Shown here in pieces: positions 1 to 36,959 of a DNA stretch of 64,000 nt. The stretch is from the NCBI GenBank assembly GCA_002269645.1, contig NIVC01002156.1, positions 124,001-188,000 on the forward strand. Reading direction: 5' to 3'. Each line of letters opens with the position of its first letter. The first letter of the stretch is position 1. This DNA is from Macrostomum lignano (Eukaryota). Below the pieces are notes generated by a model. That model did no database searches. It saw only the letters and a program-made list of their open reading frames with translations, and had not been told where the DNA came from. A program made the position numbers and the translations under genes.

Positions 1-7
1 CTCTCCT

Positions 8-39
<32 letters not shown>

Positions 40-120
40 TCCCCTCCTTTCCCTTCCCCTCTTTCATCTCCTCTCTTCCCTCTCCCCTCTCATTATCCCC
101 TTTCCCCTTCTCTCTCTCAT
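1..120. repeat. CT-rich low-complexity tract, truncated by window edge
   Basis: Almost purely C and T. Confidence 0.85.
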
Positions 121-870
121 CAGTAATCAGTTGCCGACCTCTGCGCGGCCATAAATCGTGACTTTGACAATCGGCACTGCATGCAGATCCCTCGATCAAG
201 ATCTCCTTGAATAGGATAGAGAAACAGAGGGAGAGGGGGTTCAGTGAATTGAAATTGGCTCGGGGGGGGGGGCAGAGGGGTAAAAGCTTTATTGGGAATG
301 GACGAGACCCGAGCTTATGCTATTGGCTGGCTTGGTTCCGGGTGGGGCTAGAGAAGGGATGACAAACACAAGGGGTTGGTTGGTTGAAGGGAAGTGGGGA
401 AGCACAGTTCAAAGAGCGTATTAAACCCCCCCCCACCCAACCACACCGAAAAAGCGTTCTGTCAGTTTCCTAATTTAGTGTATAAAACTGACTGACTGGA
501 CAGGGGCTTAAGGAAGGGAGCAACCCGAACGGAAAGGTTTAGCTTAAACGGTGCATCGCGGTTCAAGACTTGCTTCTGTCCTGTAAGGTACGCGTCCTAC
601 ACGTACGAGGGTACTACAGCGTTTGATAGTGGAAGACCGGGTCGGATATTAAAACAGGTAAGTTTCAGTTTGCACTTTTGCAGATGAATAATACTAGTTA
701 GTTAGAACTGATGTCACGTAGTTGAAAACAGCTGTACCTGTTTATTATAAACAATTAGTAGTCGAATTACCGTGCATGAGTATGTTGTACTTTGTTGAAA
801 TGTTTTGGATTGACAAGTGAGTAAATTAGCAATGAGTCATAGAAGTGCATTGCTCCTAACTCGTGTGTCC

Positions 871-941
<71 letters not shown>

Positions 942-945
942 AGCC

Positions 946-998
<53 letters not shown>

Positions 999-999
999 T

Positions 1000-1057
<58 letters not shown>

Positions 1058-1061
1058 AGCC

Positions 1062-1116
<55 letters not shown>
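871..1116. repeat. (GTCT)n microsatellite
   Basis: About 60 units with few interruptions. Confidence 0.97.
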
Positions 1117-1407
1117 GTGTCCTCTCAATATTAATTAATAATCTCTCTCTCCCCACTGCCCTTTGTCCGGCCTCAATCATTCCCTGTCTAGGTCGCACTA
1201 CTCTGTTGTCAATTCACCAGACTCGATTTAGGAGCAGGCTCACGAGCAAAGCTAAGCATGGATGACGGGTCTATGAAGGGCAAGATTAGTCTTCAGTCTT
1301 TACCATCAGAGCACCTGGCCATCCATCAGGACGGACACAATAAAGAATGCTAATCTAGCTAGCTCACAAGGCTGTGCCGCACGGGTGCCAGGTTAAAAAA
1401 GGCCGTA

Positions 1408-4287
<2,880 letters not shown>

Positions 4288-4625
4288 GATCAACCTCACT
4301 CCGGTTTCGTCACAGCCAAACAGGCTATTTTTGGTAGCACAGGAATGACGCACAGATTATCTGTGTAACAAGAGCCAGTAAAATATTTCGTTGCAAAATA
4401 TTTTTCAAGGTATTGTTGCCTCGCATCGGAGCTGCTATGACTTACTGACTGTGTTTATTAAACAGACATTGACCTCCTCTTTAAGCTGCAGTCGTTAAAC
4501 TTTCTGCGCAAATTAAAACTATTTATTTGTCGCTGAAAAGCTGCAAGGCTATAGAGCTTGAAGCAAATTAGTTTTTGTCACGGTATAGTTTTCCACTATA
4601 GTCTAGATAGGTTGTGGATTAAAAC

Positions 4626-4659
<34 letters not shown>
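4626..4659. repeat. (GA)n dinucleotide tract
   Basis: Direct reading. Confidence 0.9.
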
Positions 4660-4931
4660 CCGGGGTGAAGAGTCGTACAGTCAAGGTTAGGACAGTCTGA
4701 CACTTCAGCAAAAACCGGTTCAACACCCCAGTGGCATCATAAAAGCTAGAAGCTTCAGCGATAGAGTGCAACAATTTAAATAGTAATTAGCATTTGCATT
4801 AGTCATTGCTAATTAGCTCGGATAAAAATACTTCATTCGCAATTTACTTGCCTTGCTATTAAACTATTTCAGGGATGAATCCAAGGAAACAGTTGTTCAA
4901 ACTGTCTTCAAATTGTCTTTAGCGCGGCGTT

Positions 4932-25888
<20,957 letters not shown>

Positions 25889-26189
25889 AGACCTAAGGGG
25901 GAAGGCTGCCTTTAAAGTTGTTGTGCATGAAAAATCTTGTCAAATTCATACAAAACCTCACTCTATTCTCCACTGTTTGAGCAGACCTGCAGATTATTCA
26001 GTGCAATGCAATTATTATACATGTATCATTTCATATTTGATATTACGATTCTGATCAATCTGTGTTGGTATGTTAAAGTGTACGGGATTTCCCCGTTAAA
26101 AAACCTGTTCAATGTTTCAACGAGCAAGATTTGGTTTGTAGAGCATTTAATTTAGCAAAGGATATTTAACCGTTTTAACTTACACTTGA

Positions 26190-26450
26190 CAGGAATAACA
26201 GCCTTACAGCATCAACAACCTTGTGGAATCAAAAACTCTACGGAATCACCACTCACAACTACATGTAACGAACAGCCCACAAGGAACCGACCTCTTCACA
26301 GAGCCCACTTGTGGGAGCGAACAACCCACAAGGAACCAATGACCCCACGGAGCCCCACAGCCCTACACTGAATCAACAATCCACAACTTCACGAAAACCG
26401 AAAACCACAGTCCCACGGAACCAACAACCCCACATCGCCTCAATAACAGC
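26190..26450. repeat. Degenerate AACAACCCAC-type repeat downstream of the plexin stop
   Basis: Recurrent GAAC(A/C)A(A/G)CCCAC motifs with loose periodicity. Confidence 0.5.
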
Positions 26451-28323
26451 CTACGATTATAGTAGCTAAATGGCTAGATTTCAAGTCCGTTAAAATTGGC
26501 ACAAAAATATCTATTTTCTATCAATACAGGTGTAAAATCATCTTTATCTCGCTTATGCAATATGCAAAAAACACGTTCAAAATATCAGTTTGCTGCCTCA
26601 ATTGAAAAAAATTGCTACAGCAGAAGTCGCTTCGCAAAGTTATGCTTCCGCAATATTAACAAGCCGCTTACTAAATATTATTGCTACTATAATAAATTAT
26701 TGTAAAAGTGAGCATCGGATGTCTTTTGTGGCTTTTTTATCGCTTTCTGCAAGTGCATATATATTGTAAATTTTTTACAGCACATTGCAGTACATGCCGA
26801 TCCTCTTTGTATTCTTTTTCCATGTGCAAACACATATTTGTATTTATTCTTTTCAACGCTTTCATGCTTTACAAGCGTAGTTAGTTAGAAGCCAAACTAT
26901 AATGCTCCTAAATCGATTGATTCGAATTTGTTTTACGAAATTGTAAAATAAAAAGCGTAAAATAACAAGCACATGTTGCTATTTACAGTATTAAAAAACA
27001 AGATTGCCTCATGGAAGTGTTTTACTTTTATTTAGTCTAGAGTATATTGGTCGCTTTATTTTTGTGTCATGTACATTTAAATCAATTTTGCCGACGAAGC
27101 AAGATCGAGGTCGTCTGGACCGGCGGGGCGATGCAGTACGTGCCTCATTGGTGACTCGCTCGACAGCGTGTTGCTCGGGCGAGATTGTCAGAGTCCGGGT
27201 CTTGGCTTTTGACTACAGGACTGCCCTCACAGAACGAAACGCAGCCCAGGCAAGCCTGCCGTGCTACCGCAGATCCTCGCGGACGCTGGGAACCAAACTG
27301 CCAAGGTTAGATGAACTGCTGACAACGCGAAAGAGGCTGAGAACCCTGAGAATTTAGAATGCATATTGAAAACGGATGACTGCAGGAGGATATTGATCAA
27401 TGAAGTTGCGAGTAAAAGTACGTAAATGTAGTAAGAACGAATTAATGCGATTACGGAGGTTGTAAAATTGGCATGAAAAATGTTATTGCAGCATGCTTCG
27501 AGTTCTTTAATTTTACAGTTGTTCTAATATTCACTATACAGAATTGATTTGACCATCTGAAACACAGGAAAGATTCACGTAAACCAAAGCCGTTTGCGTC
27601 TGTAGTAGACGTAATAAAATATCAGCCAAAGAAGATTATAGAACAATTAAGATTTTTTTCTAGCCTGCCGAGACTAAAGAAATATTGAGCATTTTTCGGG
27701 CGAAGAACTCATTTTAGTCTACAGACTGGAAATGGCACAGTACGGGTCGCAGCAGATGAAAGTTGGAGCAAAAATCTGCCCTTGCGCTCTGCAGCCCCAC
27801 TGAGCTGGTTGACAATGAGCACTATACTGTGTGCACATGATTGAGCAATATATTTTCTTAGACTATTTTGCTTACGTCTCTTTCTCTCTTTGCCTGCTCA
27901 TTTTTTCCTGCCTCTGCAGTCTTTTAAAAGCGTCCATAAACATAGGCGATGCATAATACACTGCAGAAAAATTTTTTATAAGGTGCGCGCGGCATCTAAG
28001 CACGATTGTAAAAATTACAATAATAGACTTCTATTTGCCGCGTTGTTGGTAACTACTTCAACACTGTTTACGTACATATACGCAGCATATGTTTAATTCC
28101 AGGGGAGGATTCTGTAAAATATCAATCTAAGTTGGTAAGTTTTTACTTGAACGCTGCATCCATTCAATATTCGCTGTCGTATTTGAATTAGGCCAGAAAG
28201 ACAAAATCGATTATAAGATTACCGACAGCCGTAAAGCTTGCCAATCAACAAATTCATACGCAAACTCGTCTCGTCTCCCTCTTTATTTTGCAGACCTTTA
28301 AAGCGCGCGATAGAACGCTTGCA

Positions 28324-30693
28324 ATGTCCAATCAGCCAGAGAAGCAGTCGGGTGAGCTCAGGCGAGCCGGCAGTCAAATCCCGTCGCAGGCCACGGCCTC
28401 GGCAGCTGCAGCGGCAGTCGCCGCACCGACATTCTTCAGCAGGACCAGCACCTTTTCGAAAACTTTGACAGAGCGCGAGAAAACTATCGTGACAGAAATG
28501 TTCGATAGTCGACAAAGAAACGCTACAAGAACTATGCTTGACAATCTGATGGAGAAAAGGCCAGAAGATGAGGATGCCAACGAGCAAGAGGTGGAGCCTG
28601 GAAGCGAAGAGGTCGCGGGGACGAAGACGGAGGCTCAACCTCAAGGCGAGCAGGCGACAGCGGAGGTGGACGTTGAAAAACGACGTCGTAAAAAGCGTCG
28701 CCGTCTTAAGCCAGGAGAATTCGATTTCTCAGACGTGACAGATCCGCGAAATCTGACGCAACTGACGCAGCTACGGTTGCGACCGCACGAACTTCAGGGC
28801 TCTTGGTCGCAAAAGCTGTACAGTCTGGTGTGTCGACGCCTGTCCCTAGCGCCGCGACAGTACATTCGGGACACCCTAGCCAAGGCTAAGCTCGTCTTGG
28901 CTAATAAATTCTCCCAAAGTGAGGAGATCCTATCCATAGCCGTCAGCATGACGGACAATCGGACCCTCACCTGCGTTGAAATAGTGGACAACAAGCTGGA
29001 TACAAAGAGCATCGCGTACTTGTGCCACGCCGTATGGGAGTGCGCCAGCATCAACAGCTTCACTCTGGCTGGCAATGAGTTCACAGACGAAGGCCTGTCA
29101 ATCGTGATCGAATTACTGGTTGCAACCCGGCACCTGCATACGGTATCGCTGAGGGACAATCGAATCCGCGACGTGCACGGTCCGAAAATTGCGGAGCTAC
29201 TTGAGCAAAACCGTAGCATCACCAATCTGGACTTAAGCTACAACCAGCTCGGAGACACGGCTGCGCAGTACATCGGCCCGGCTTTGGCTGAGAACGACCG
29301 AGTTCGACACCTGAACCTCAACTGGAACTGCTTCAGGTCCGTTGGCGTTCGTCTGCTTACCAGAAACCTAAACGAGAACATTGCCCTGCGGGAATTGACC
29401 CTGAAAATGAACGGCTTGGGCATCGAGGGTGCCGGCTACGTGGCCAAATACCTGGCAACTAACGAGACTCTGTTTAGCATCGATTTGAGCAGCAATCGAA
29501 TTGGCGACTTTGGCTTCGAGCTGATCTCGAAAATGGTCGCTAAGAACTACTCACTGAAGGAGATTAAAATTGGTCATAACACTGTCAGCACTTCCGGTGT
29601 TTACAAAGTGCTTGAGGCTTTCCATAGGAACAAGGATTCTGATCTCAGGATTTTGGACTTTGAAGGCAACTACATGCACAGTAGTTTTACAGTGTACTTT
29701 CGGTTTGTTTGCACTTCTGAAAGAAGTACCTGCTGAGTTTAATACCTTTGAATCTACTCGTCAAGATTTGACTTGTTATCCAGAATTTCCCGCTAAAATT
29801 TGCAAAGTTTACACATATGATTTTAGGCAATCATTTCGCTCATAAGCAGGAAAGTATTAATGGAATGAAATTTTTGTCTTAAAATATTTAAGTGCAAAAT
29901 CTAGGGGCGTAGCCAGGTAAAAATATAATGGGGCGCCCTCAGCCCCTTAAGCAACTGGAAAAGGTATACATGGTGCTTCTAACAGTAACTTGAACGATCC
30001 TGGTGCTAAAGCCCCTGGTGCTGGCGCCCATGGTGCTAAAGCCCCTGGTGCTAAAGACCCTGTGCTAAAGCCCTTGTCTGCTAAAGCCCTGGCGCTGGCG
30101 CCCAGAAAAAATGAACCCCTCTGCAACCCTCCTTATAATAATTAGTTATATTGTACAGAAACGGCTACGTGCCTTTGAGAAAAGTACACCCTTCAAAGCC
30201 TCAATGTACATGCTTGCCAACTGCAGGTCTCTACATGGACAAGAAGTGCTTGGAGCTGATCGACGCCATCAAGGAGGAGCGGCCGCACACCTACTTCGTG
30301 ATGCACGGCACTATCGAGCGCGGCACCGAGCACAAAACCAAGGAGCTCATCCGCGGCATCATCGACCACGACAGTCCGCTGGAGATTCTGCGTTTTTACG
30401 TTGAACAAACTGGCAGCCGCCTTGTTGACGTGTTCAACATCTTCGACACAGAGAAGAACAACGCGATCACAAAGAGTGACTTGGTTCGAGGCCTAGAGAA
30501 GATCAACGTGATATTCACACAGGAGCAGGTGGACATCTTATTCGACGAACTGGACGCTGACAAATCTGGCGACATCGACTTTGGCGAGCTGATGGCCGGA
30601 GATCGCGAGGCGCGAAAGAATCTTCGGCGTAAAGGAAAATTCCACGCGACTGCTGTCAATCAAACTGCTGTGCCAGATTTTGTTGATATCTGA
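28324..30693 (+). CDS. LRRC74: RNI-type leucine-rich repeat protein with C-terminal EF-hands, LRRC74-like, about 600 aa
   Basis: Exons 28324-29665 and 30227-30693 (1809 nt, in frame). LRRs such as LDLSYNQLGDTAAQYIGPAL and LNLNWNCFRSVG; EF-hand loops DTEKNNAITKSD and DADKSGDIDFGE. The join needs a GC donor at 29666 or a weak GT at 29681. Extra 5' exons are possible (acceptor at 28292-28293). Symbol from recalled architecture, not a search. Confidence 0.78.
29903..30174. mobile_element. Possible small TIR element carrying a few GGTGCTAAAG minisatellite units
   Basis: AGGGGCGTAGCC (29903-29914) versus GGCTACGTGCCT (30163-30174), 10/12 inverted match. Degenerate GGTGCTAAAGCCCCT units at 29999-30102. 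No TSD recognised. Confidence 0.35.
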
Positions 30694-32094
30694 TTTGATG
30701 ATTCAAAGTGCTGAAGACAATTAAGGAACTTTAAATTAATGATATCGAAAAGTTAATTTATTATGTAAAGATACAGAAAATTGTGTTAAATACTTCATGC
30801 AGTATATGACAACGCTTGGGGAGAGAGATGGTGATCATGAACTGCACTGCTAGTAGCAAAGGCATTTTTCTTCCCTTTTCTTCTCCTAATCTCGCCATTT
30901 ATATATTTCTTTGATCCTTGATCGGCCCCTACAGTGTATCTTTCCCATTCTTTCCTCCCTCTCCCTAGCTATCTTCTCCATTCTTATTCCTTCTGCCTTA
31001 TCTTCCCATATTTTTCCTCCCCTCTCCCCGACATAAATTGTACATTTAAATGTATCTTCCCCAAATTATTTCTTTAATTTTTCATCACAGACACAAAATT
31101 GATCAGTAACTAATATAACAACTACCAAAATGCTTTTCGACGACAAAGTTTATCATCAACACAGGTCGGCCTCCAACTTCTGTTGTTTTCCGGTCTCTAG
31201 TAGGCTGCACGCCATGTACCAGGTATCTTTTATCTACGCTAAAATTGGGGCTGCGGGACCATATAGTGACAGGATGAGTGGGGGCTTAGGCCATGCAGGG
31301 AGTGCTGCATACAGGTAGGTGATTAATTTTCATATTAATGTATGTGCGACCAGCCTCTGATCAAGGGGATTAAGAAAGCCGAACCAATCAATGTCGTATA
31401 CACGATATTGAGAAAGTCGAGATTTCTGGGTGAGAATTTCATAATATTGCATATTTGCAAGGTCCGTCGAAATGCGTGTGCACGCGTCAAAGCTGCAAAA
31501 AGGAAAGCAATGTACAGTACATGTATATGAAAAATATTACAGGATTGCTAAATATAATACGAGATGGTAATGAAATAGGATCTCTGTCTCAATAAATTTT
31601 TTCTAGTAGCTAGAGCCGTTTCTTTGGGATGCTAATCCTTGTTTTGGAGACTGGATTGAGTTGATTCATCAAACGTTAATTTTTAAGAATCGCCTACTGA
31701 TACGTTGTTGTGTAGGCCAAAGTGTGTATATAGATATAAGATATAAATGCATTTTTACTGAGTAATTTGTACTCTGTTGCTTTGCCTTTTAAAATCAGAT
31801 ATTTAGGTATTTGTTTATTTAGCTTTGGGCTTTTGTGGTGGTTTTTAACTTTCTTTAACATTTCAATTTTTCCGACTAGCGGGCTTTAATTGCCTGAGCC
31901 AAACTTATTACTACTACACTAGGGGCCTATAACATAACAGAGCTTTATTTCCATAATTTATAATTTCGATAAGATCCATAATTTTAGCATTTCAACAGTT
32001 GTATGTTTTTTATGTACGTTAGTGAGGCACTGATCAAAGGTAGATAAAACAGTGGTACATTATAAAAGTTTCTGTTAGACTTTCGACCACGACC

Positions 32095-35000
32095 ATGCAG
32101 GCGCTCAGAAGAGTTTTCGCATTGAATCAAAATGCTTCGTGGACAAGAACAGTCTTAGCAACACAGCAGAAGTCTTGCTTGTTATCCTCATCATCAATTC
32201 TTGACAGTAAGTATTTTTATTGAGCTTAGATTTCTTATTAAATGGCAACAGTATAGGGGCCTACTTCATACATGTATGAAGTAGTCTTCTAAAATCGCTG
32301 TTTTATTTAATCCATTTTTGTAATCTAATAATCAGGCTCTCACTCACTATTTATTTTGGTGGTTGACCAAGGTTGGCCACAAGGCAAACCTAGGCCTATT
32401 CTTATTGCTTTGAAAAGAAGCCTACGAGAAAGGTAAGGTAGGCCTATAGAAATGGAAGCTTTCTCTTCTCAATTTCCCTTATCTTAACCATTTATGAGTC
32501 CATATCTTTTTGCCAAACTATACTATCTAGTTTTAGATAAGCCTGGCTTTTGAATAACCAATACTAATAGGCAATACTATTATTATATTGTTGACAAAAA
32601 ACCTATATTCAAAGTTATAGTTAATAATTAAGACTTCTCTCCATACCTTAGGGGCTTGAACAGCCAAAAGTAATTTAAAGAGGTTAAAAGTTTTTTCTAT
32701 TTGCATAAGCTGATTCAGATCAGTGCCTATACTATACCTTAGTGTGTGCTATTTCAGACATGCACTTTTAGTTTATTACAAAAAGTTATTTTATAACTAG
32801 TATGATAAATGATAAAAAAAGAAGTTAAATATCTTACAAATAGCAAAATTTTAGTAGCTTAGGTCTAATGGTTAATGGTCTAATGGTTAATACTTTATAG
32901 CCTAATAATAATAATAGTCAAAATAATAACCAAATCTATCTATAAAAGAAGTTTTGTTTATCCGATTTTTAGTCTAAAAAGTTAGGTTTAGAATCACTAA
33001 ATCCTTATTTAATTATAAACTCAATATTAAAATTTATGCATCGTAATTTATTTCTAGTTTATTAGGATTCGATTGTTATTTTCTATATTGATTTGCGTTT
33101 ATTAAGATTTCATTAATTAGGCTATAAGAATAGTTATGTTTTTAATTAAACTTTGGCTTTATTTCAATTATTATTATTATTATTGATTTAATTAACCTTT
33201 AATTTTAGTTGGCATTGGATTATCAGCAGAGAAACGCCAAATTCAAGAGTTGGCACTTACCTTCACTCAAAATGAGGTGGCACCTCATATGCAAAAGTGG
33301 GATGCTGAGCACATATTCCCAGTGGAAATGTTCACCAAAACTGCTGCTCTAGGCTTTGGGGCTATCTATTGCAAAGAAGAACATGGAGGATCTGGTCTAA
33401 GCAGACTTGATGCATCGCTGATCTTTGAGGCAATTGCTACTGGCTGCGTTACAAGCAGTGCCTATCTAAGCATTCACAAGTAAGCTAAATTGTTTGCTTC
33501 ATATATTTTATCTCTTTGTATGCATTTTGCCATTGTATGTTGATTGATTGATTAGAGAAATTCCTTGACAGCGTGTTATTATCTGAATGGTCCATAAGTT
33601 TTGTATGGAGCCTGTGATTCTTTGATTGGATAGATAGTGTAATAAATATGCTAGAGATTCGTAGAGAGACTGAAATTCTCCAATTTTTTGTCATTGAGAC
33701 TCGCTGGGAGTCTATGATTCTATGCTGTTTGGGCAATGAGATTCGTAGAGAGCCTGTAATTCTTTCTGATTGATCATTGAGATTCGTAGAGAGCCTACAA
33801 TTCCTTCCAATTGGTCATTGAGGTTCGTAGAGTCTACAGTTCTCTCTAATTGGTCATTGAGATTAGTAGAGAGCCTGTAATTCTTTCTGATTGATCATCG
33901 AGATTCGTAGAGAGCCTGAAATTTTCTCCAATTGGTCTTGAGATTTATAGAGGGCCTGCAATTCTCCAATAGGTCATAGAAATTCGTAGAGAGCCTACAA
34001 TTCTCTAATTAGTAATTAAGATTTGTAGAGAGCCTGCAATTATCTCTAATTGGTCACTGAGATTCGTAAAGCCTAAAGTTCTCTCCAATCGGTCATTGAG
34101 ACTCGTAGAGAGCCTACGATTCTATACTGTTTGGGCATTGAGATTCGTAGATAACTTGCGAAATGGGCCAGAAACGTAAAGAGCCTGATAGATTTTTTAG
34201 AGTCCTAGAGAGCCTTCGAGTCTCTAATTTATTTGTAACCATCAGCCACACGTCGGGAAACTCCTACAACACTGCAGCATGTGCGCCTGGATGATTGACA
34301 GCACTGGCACAGAAGAGCAGCGTGCAAAGTGGCTGCCCCAGCTGGCCCCAATGTCCCGCCTGGCTTCCTATTGCCTCACCGAGCCCGGCAGTGGGTCGGA
34401 CGCTGCGGCTCTAAAAACAACTGCCAAAAGTGACGGAAATTATTACGTTCTGAATGGAAGCAAGGTCAGCTTTGGCTGTGGTCAGCTTTAAGATTGATTA
34501 CCCGTTGAAAAGTTTAGCATGACAATAATCGCTAAAGAGTCATTGCAAACAACTCTCTAGTGACTATATAGCGACTCTGGGGCGATTCGTGTGCCTTCTT
34601 AACGACTCAAACACGTCTAATGCGACGGAGAGGTGACTGTTGCGTCACAAGCGGGCCACGTCAGTTGTAGAATCGTAAAAGAGTCATCCAAGAGTCGTTG
34701 TGTTGGCGCTTAACTTTCACCAGGGATGTGACTCTAATTCATCAAGCGACGCAAATGCGCTTTAAACACAACTCTCAGTGACACTACAGCGACTCTAGCA
34801 CGCCTCAAATACGACTTTACGGCCCCAGAGTCGTTATATCGTTGTCCCAGAGTCGCAGGCAATAAAACGCTTCAAAGTGATTTTTGAGCGACTCTTTGAA
34901 AACTTTTTGGCGGCTTGTACCGTGACATCTCGTTGTTTTAGGAGTCGTTTAGAGTCAATTTCGAATTTTACCTATGTCATCTGAAACCACTCTAGGGCGA

Positions 35001-36736
35001 CGCAAGTGACTATGGGACGCTACTTGGCCTAGGTACCGTTTTCATCGGGTTAGAGATTAGAATCATTTTTTCGAATGTCTTAATTATAATAATCTTTAGG
35101 GATGCGAGATTAACAGTTTTTGGAGTCTGAGATACGTTTCTCCTCAATACGCTTCTCCTCAAATTGAACGTCTAGGCTTTCATATCGGGCGCTGGCGCTA
35201 CCGACCTCTATTTGGTCATGTGTCGAACTGGAGCGGACGGCCCTAAAGGCATCTCCTGCGTCATGGTCGAGAAGGACACTCCCGGCTTGTCGTTTGGCAA
35301 AATTGAACGAAAATTAGGCTGGAATGCTCAGCCTACTAGAGAAGTTGTGTTCGAAAATTGTCGAGTACCAAAGTCAAATCGACTGGGACCGGAGGGCTCG
35401 GGATTCGGTCTGGCAATGCGCGGCCTAAATGGCGGTAGGGTGAACATCGCCTCGTGCAGTCTGGGTGCTGCTCACGCCTCTTTGCTGGCTGCTAGAGAGT
35501 ACATGACTGTGCGAAAACAGTTTGGCAAACAGCTGGCCGAGTTTCAGGTTGGTTTGCGGTGCATCTTACATTCTGAGTCAATGTTTCTCGTCTTTGTCCC
35601 TGACTCTTTCCTCCATTTTAAGTCTGTCTCTCCAATCTGACTCTTTGTCCCTCCATTTTGAGTCTTTGTCTCTCCAATCTGACTCTTTGTCCCTCCATTT
35701 TAAGTCTTTGTCTCTCCAATCTGACTCTTTGTCCCTCCATTTTAAGTCTTTGTCTCTCCAATCTGACTCTTTGTCCCTCCATTTTGAGTCTTTGTCTCTC
35801 CAATCTGACTCTTTGTCCCTCCATTTTAAGTCTTTGTCTCTCCAATCATACTCTTTGTCCCTCCATTTTAAGTCTTTGTCTCTCCAATCATACTCTTTGT
35901 CCCTCCATTTTAAGTCTTTGTCTCTCCAATCATACTCTTTGTCCCTCCATTTTAAGTCTTTGTCTCTCCAATCTGACTCTTTGTCCCTCCATTTTAAGTT
36001 TTTGTCTCTCCAATCTGACTCTTTGTCCCTCCATTTTAAGTTTTTGTCTCTCCAATCTGACTCTTTGTCCCTCCATTTTAAGTCTTTGTCTCTCCAATTT
36101 GACTCTTTGTCCCTCCATTTTAAGTCTTTGTCTCTCCAATCATACTCTGTCCCTCCATTTTAAGTCTTTGTGTCTCTAATCTGACTCTTTGTCCCTCCAT
36201 TTGTCTTTGTCTTTAATCTGACTCTTTGTCCCTCCATTTTAAGTCTTTGTCTCTCCAATCTGACTCTGTTTCTTCATTTTGAGTATTTATCTTTCCTTTT
36301 TAAGTCATTGTATTTATGTAGTAGTTAAATCAGTTGAGTTCTCCTTAATCTCTTTTATGCCCTGTTTTCCTAGATTAAAAAAAACCCGACCGCCCCCCTC
36401 CCCCGTCATCCACAGGCCCTGCAATTCCAGCTGGCCGAGATGGCAGCTCAGCTGGTCTCCTCAAGGCTGCTGGTCCGCCAGGCTGCTCAATCTCTGGACT
36501 CGGGCGACCCCGGCGCCCCGGCTGTGTGCGCCCTGGCCAAGCTGCACGCCACAGAGCAATGCTTCGACGTGTGCAACCGCGCCCTGCAGTTGTTCGGCGG
36601 CTACGGCTATTTATTGGACTTCCCCGTGCAGCAGTACCTGCGCGATTCGCGAGTGAACTGCATCCTTGAGGGCACTAATCAGGTCATGCGAATGCTAGTT
36701 GCTAGGGATATTATTGGCAGATTGGGTGACGCTTAA
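32095..36736 (+). CDS. ACAD8: Isobutyryl-CoA dehydrogenase (mitochondrial acyl-CoA dehydrogenase family), 420 aa
   Basis: Exons 32095-32206, 33209-33479, 34278-34464, 35176-35547, 36416-36736 (1263 nt, phases consistent). Motifs [74 protein letters not shown] and [10 protein letters not shown] (catalytic Glu). The N-terminus looks like a transit peptide. Confidence 0.95.
33640..34220. repeat. About 41-bp GAGATTCGTAGAGAGCCTG...TTGGTCATT minisatellite in ACAD8 intron 2
   Basis: About 13 degenerate units. Confidence 0.85.
34501..35049. mobile_element. Non-autonomous DNA transposon (MITE-like), 549 bp, in ACAD8 intron 3
   Basis: TIRs CCCGTTGAAAA (34501-34511) and TTTTCATCGGG (35039-35049), 10/11 match. 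TTA on both flanks (34498-34500, 35050-35052). Interior has many GAGTC/GACTC motifs in both orientations and a duplicated AACTCT..AGTGAC..AGCGACTCT block. No ORF. Confidence 0.65.
35590..36270. repeat. 42-bp (2 x 21) CTTTGTCCCTCCATTTTAAGT-CTTTGTCTCTCCAATCTGACT minisatellite in ACAD8 intron 4
   Basis: About 16 highly similar units, each made of two related 21-mers. Confidence 0.95.
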
Positions 36737-36959
36737 CTATTTTAGCGCTACTTCAGTAGGAAAGTGTCTGACATTTTAGTAATTTATTTGAGTCTCAATA
36801 TAATTCCCAAAGCTATCAGTTTCAAACTTGTCGATTGAAGCTTGCCCGGCTCATTTATCATCATGTTTTGAAGTTTTTTTGGAGATTATTGTTATTTCTG
36901 TATCCTACTAATAGTAGCTGAAAAATTTTCGTATATTAGATATAGTTGGTTTTCTTGGG

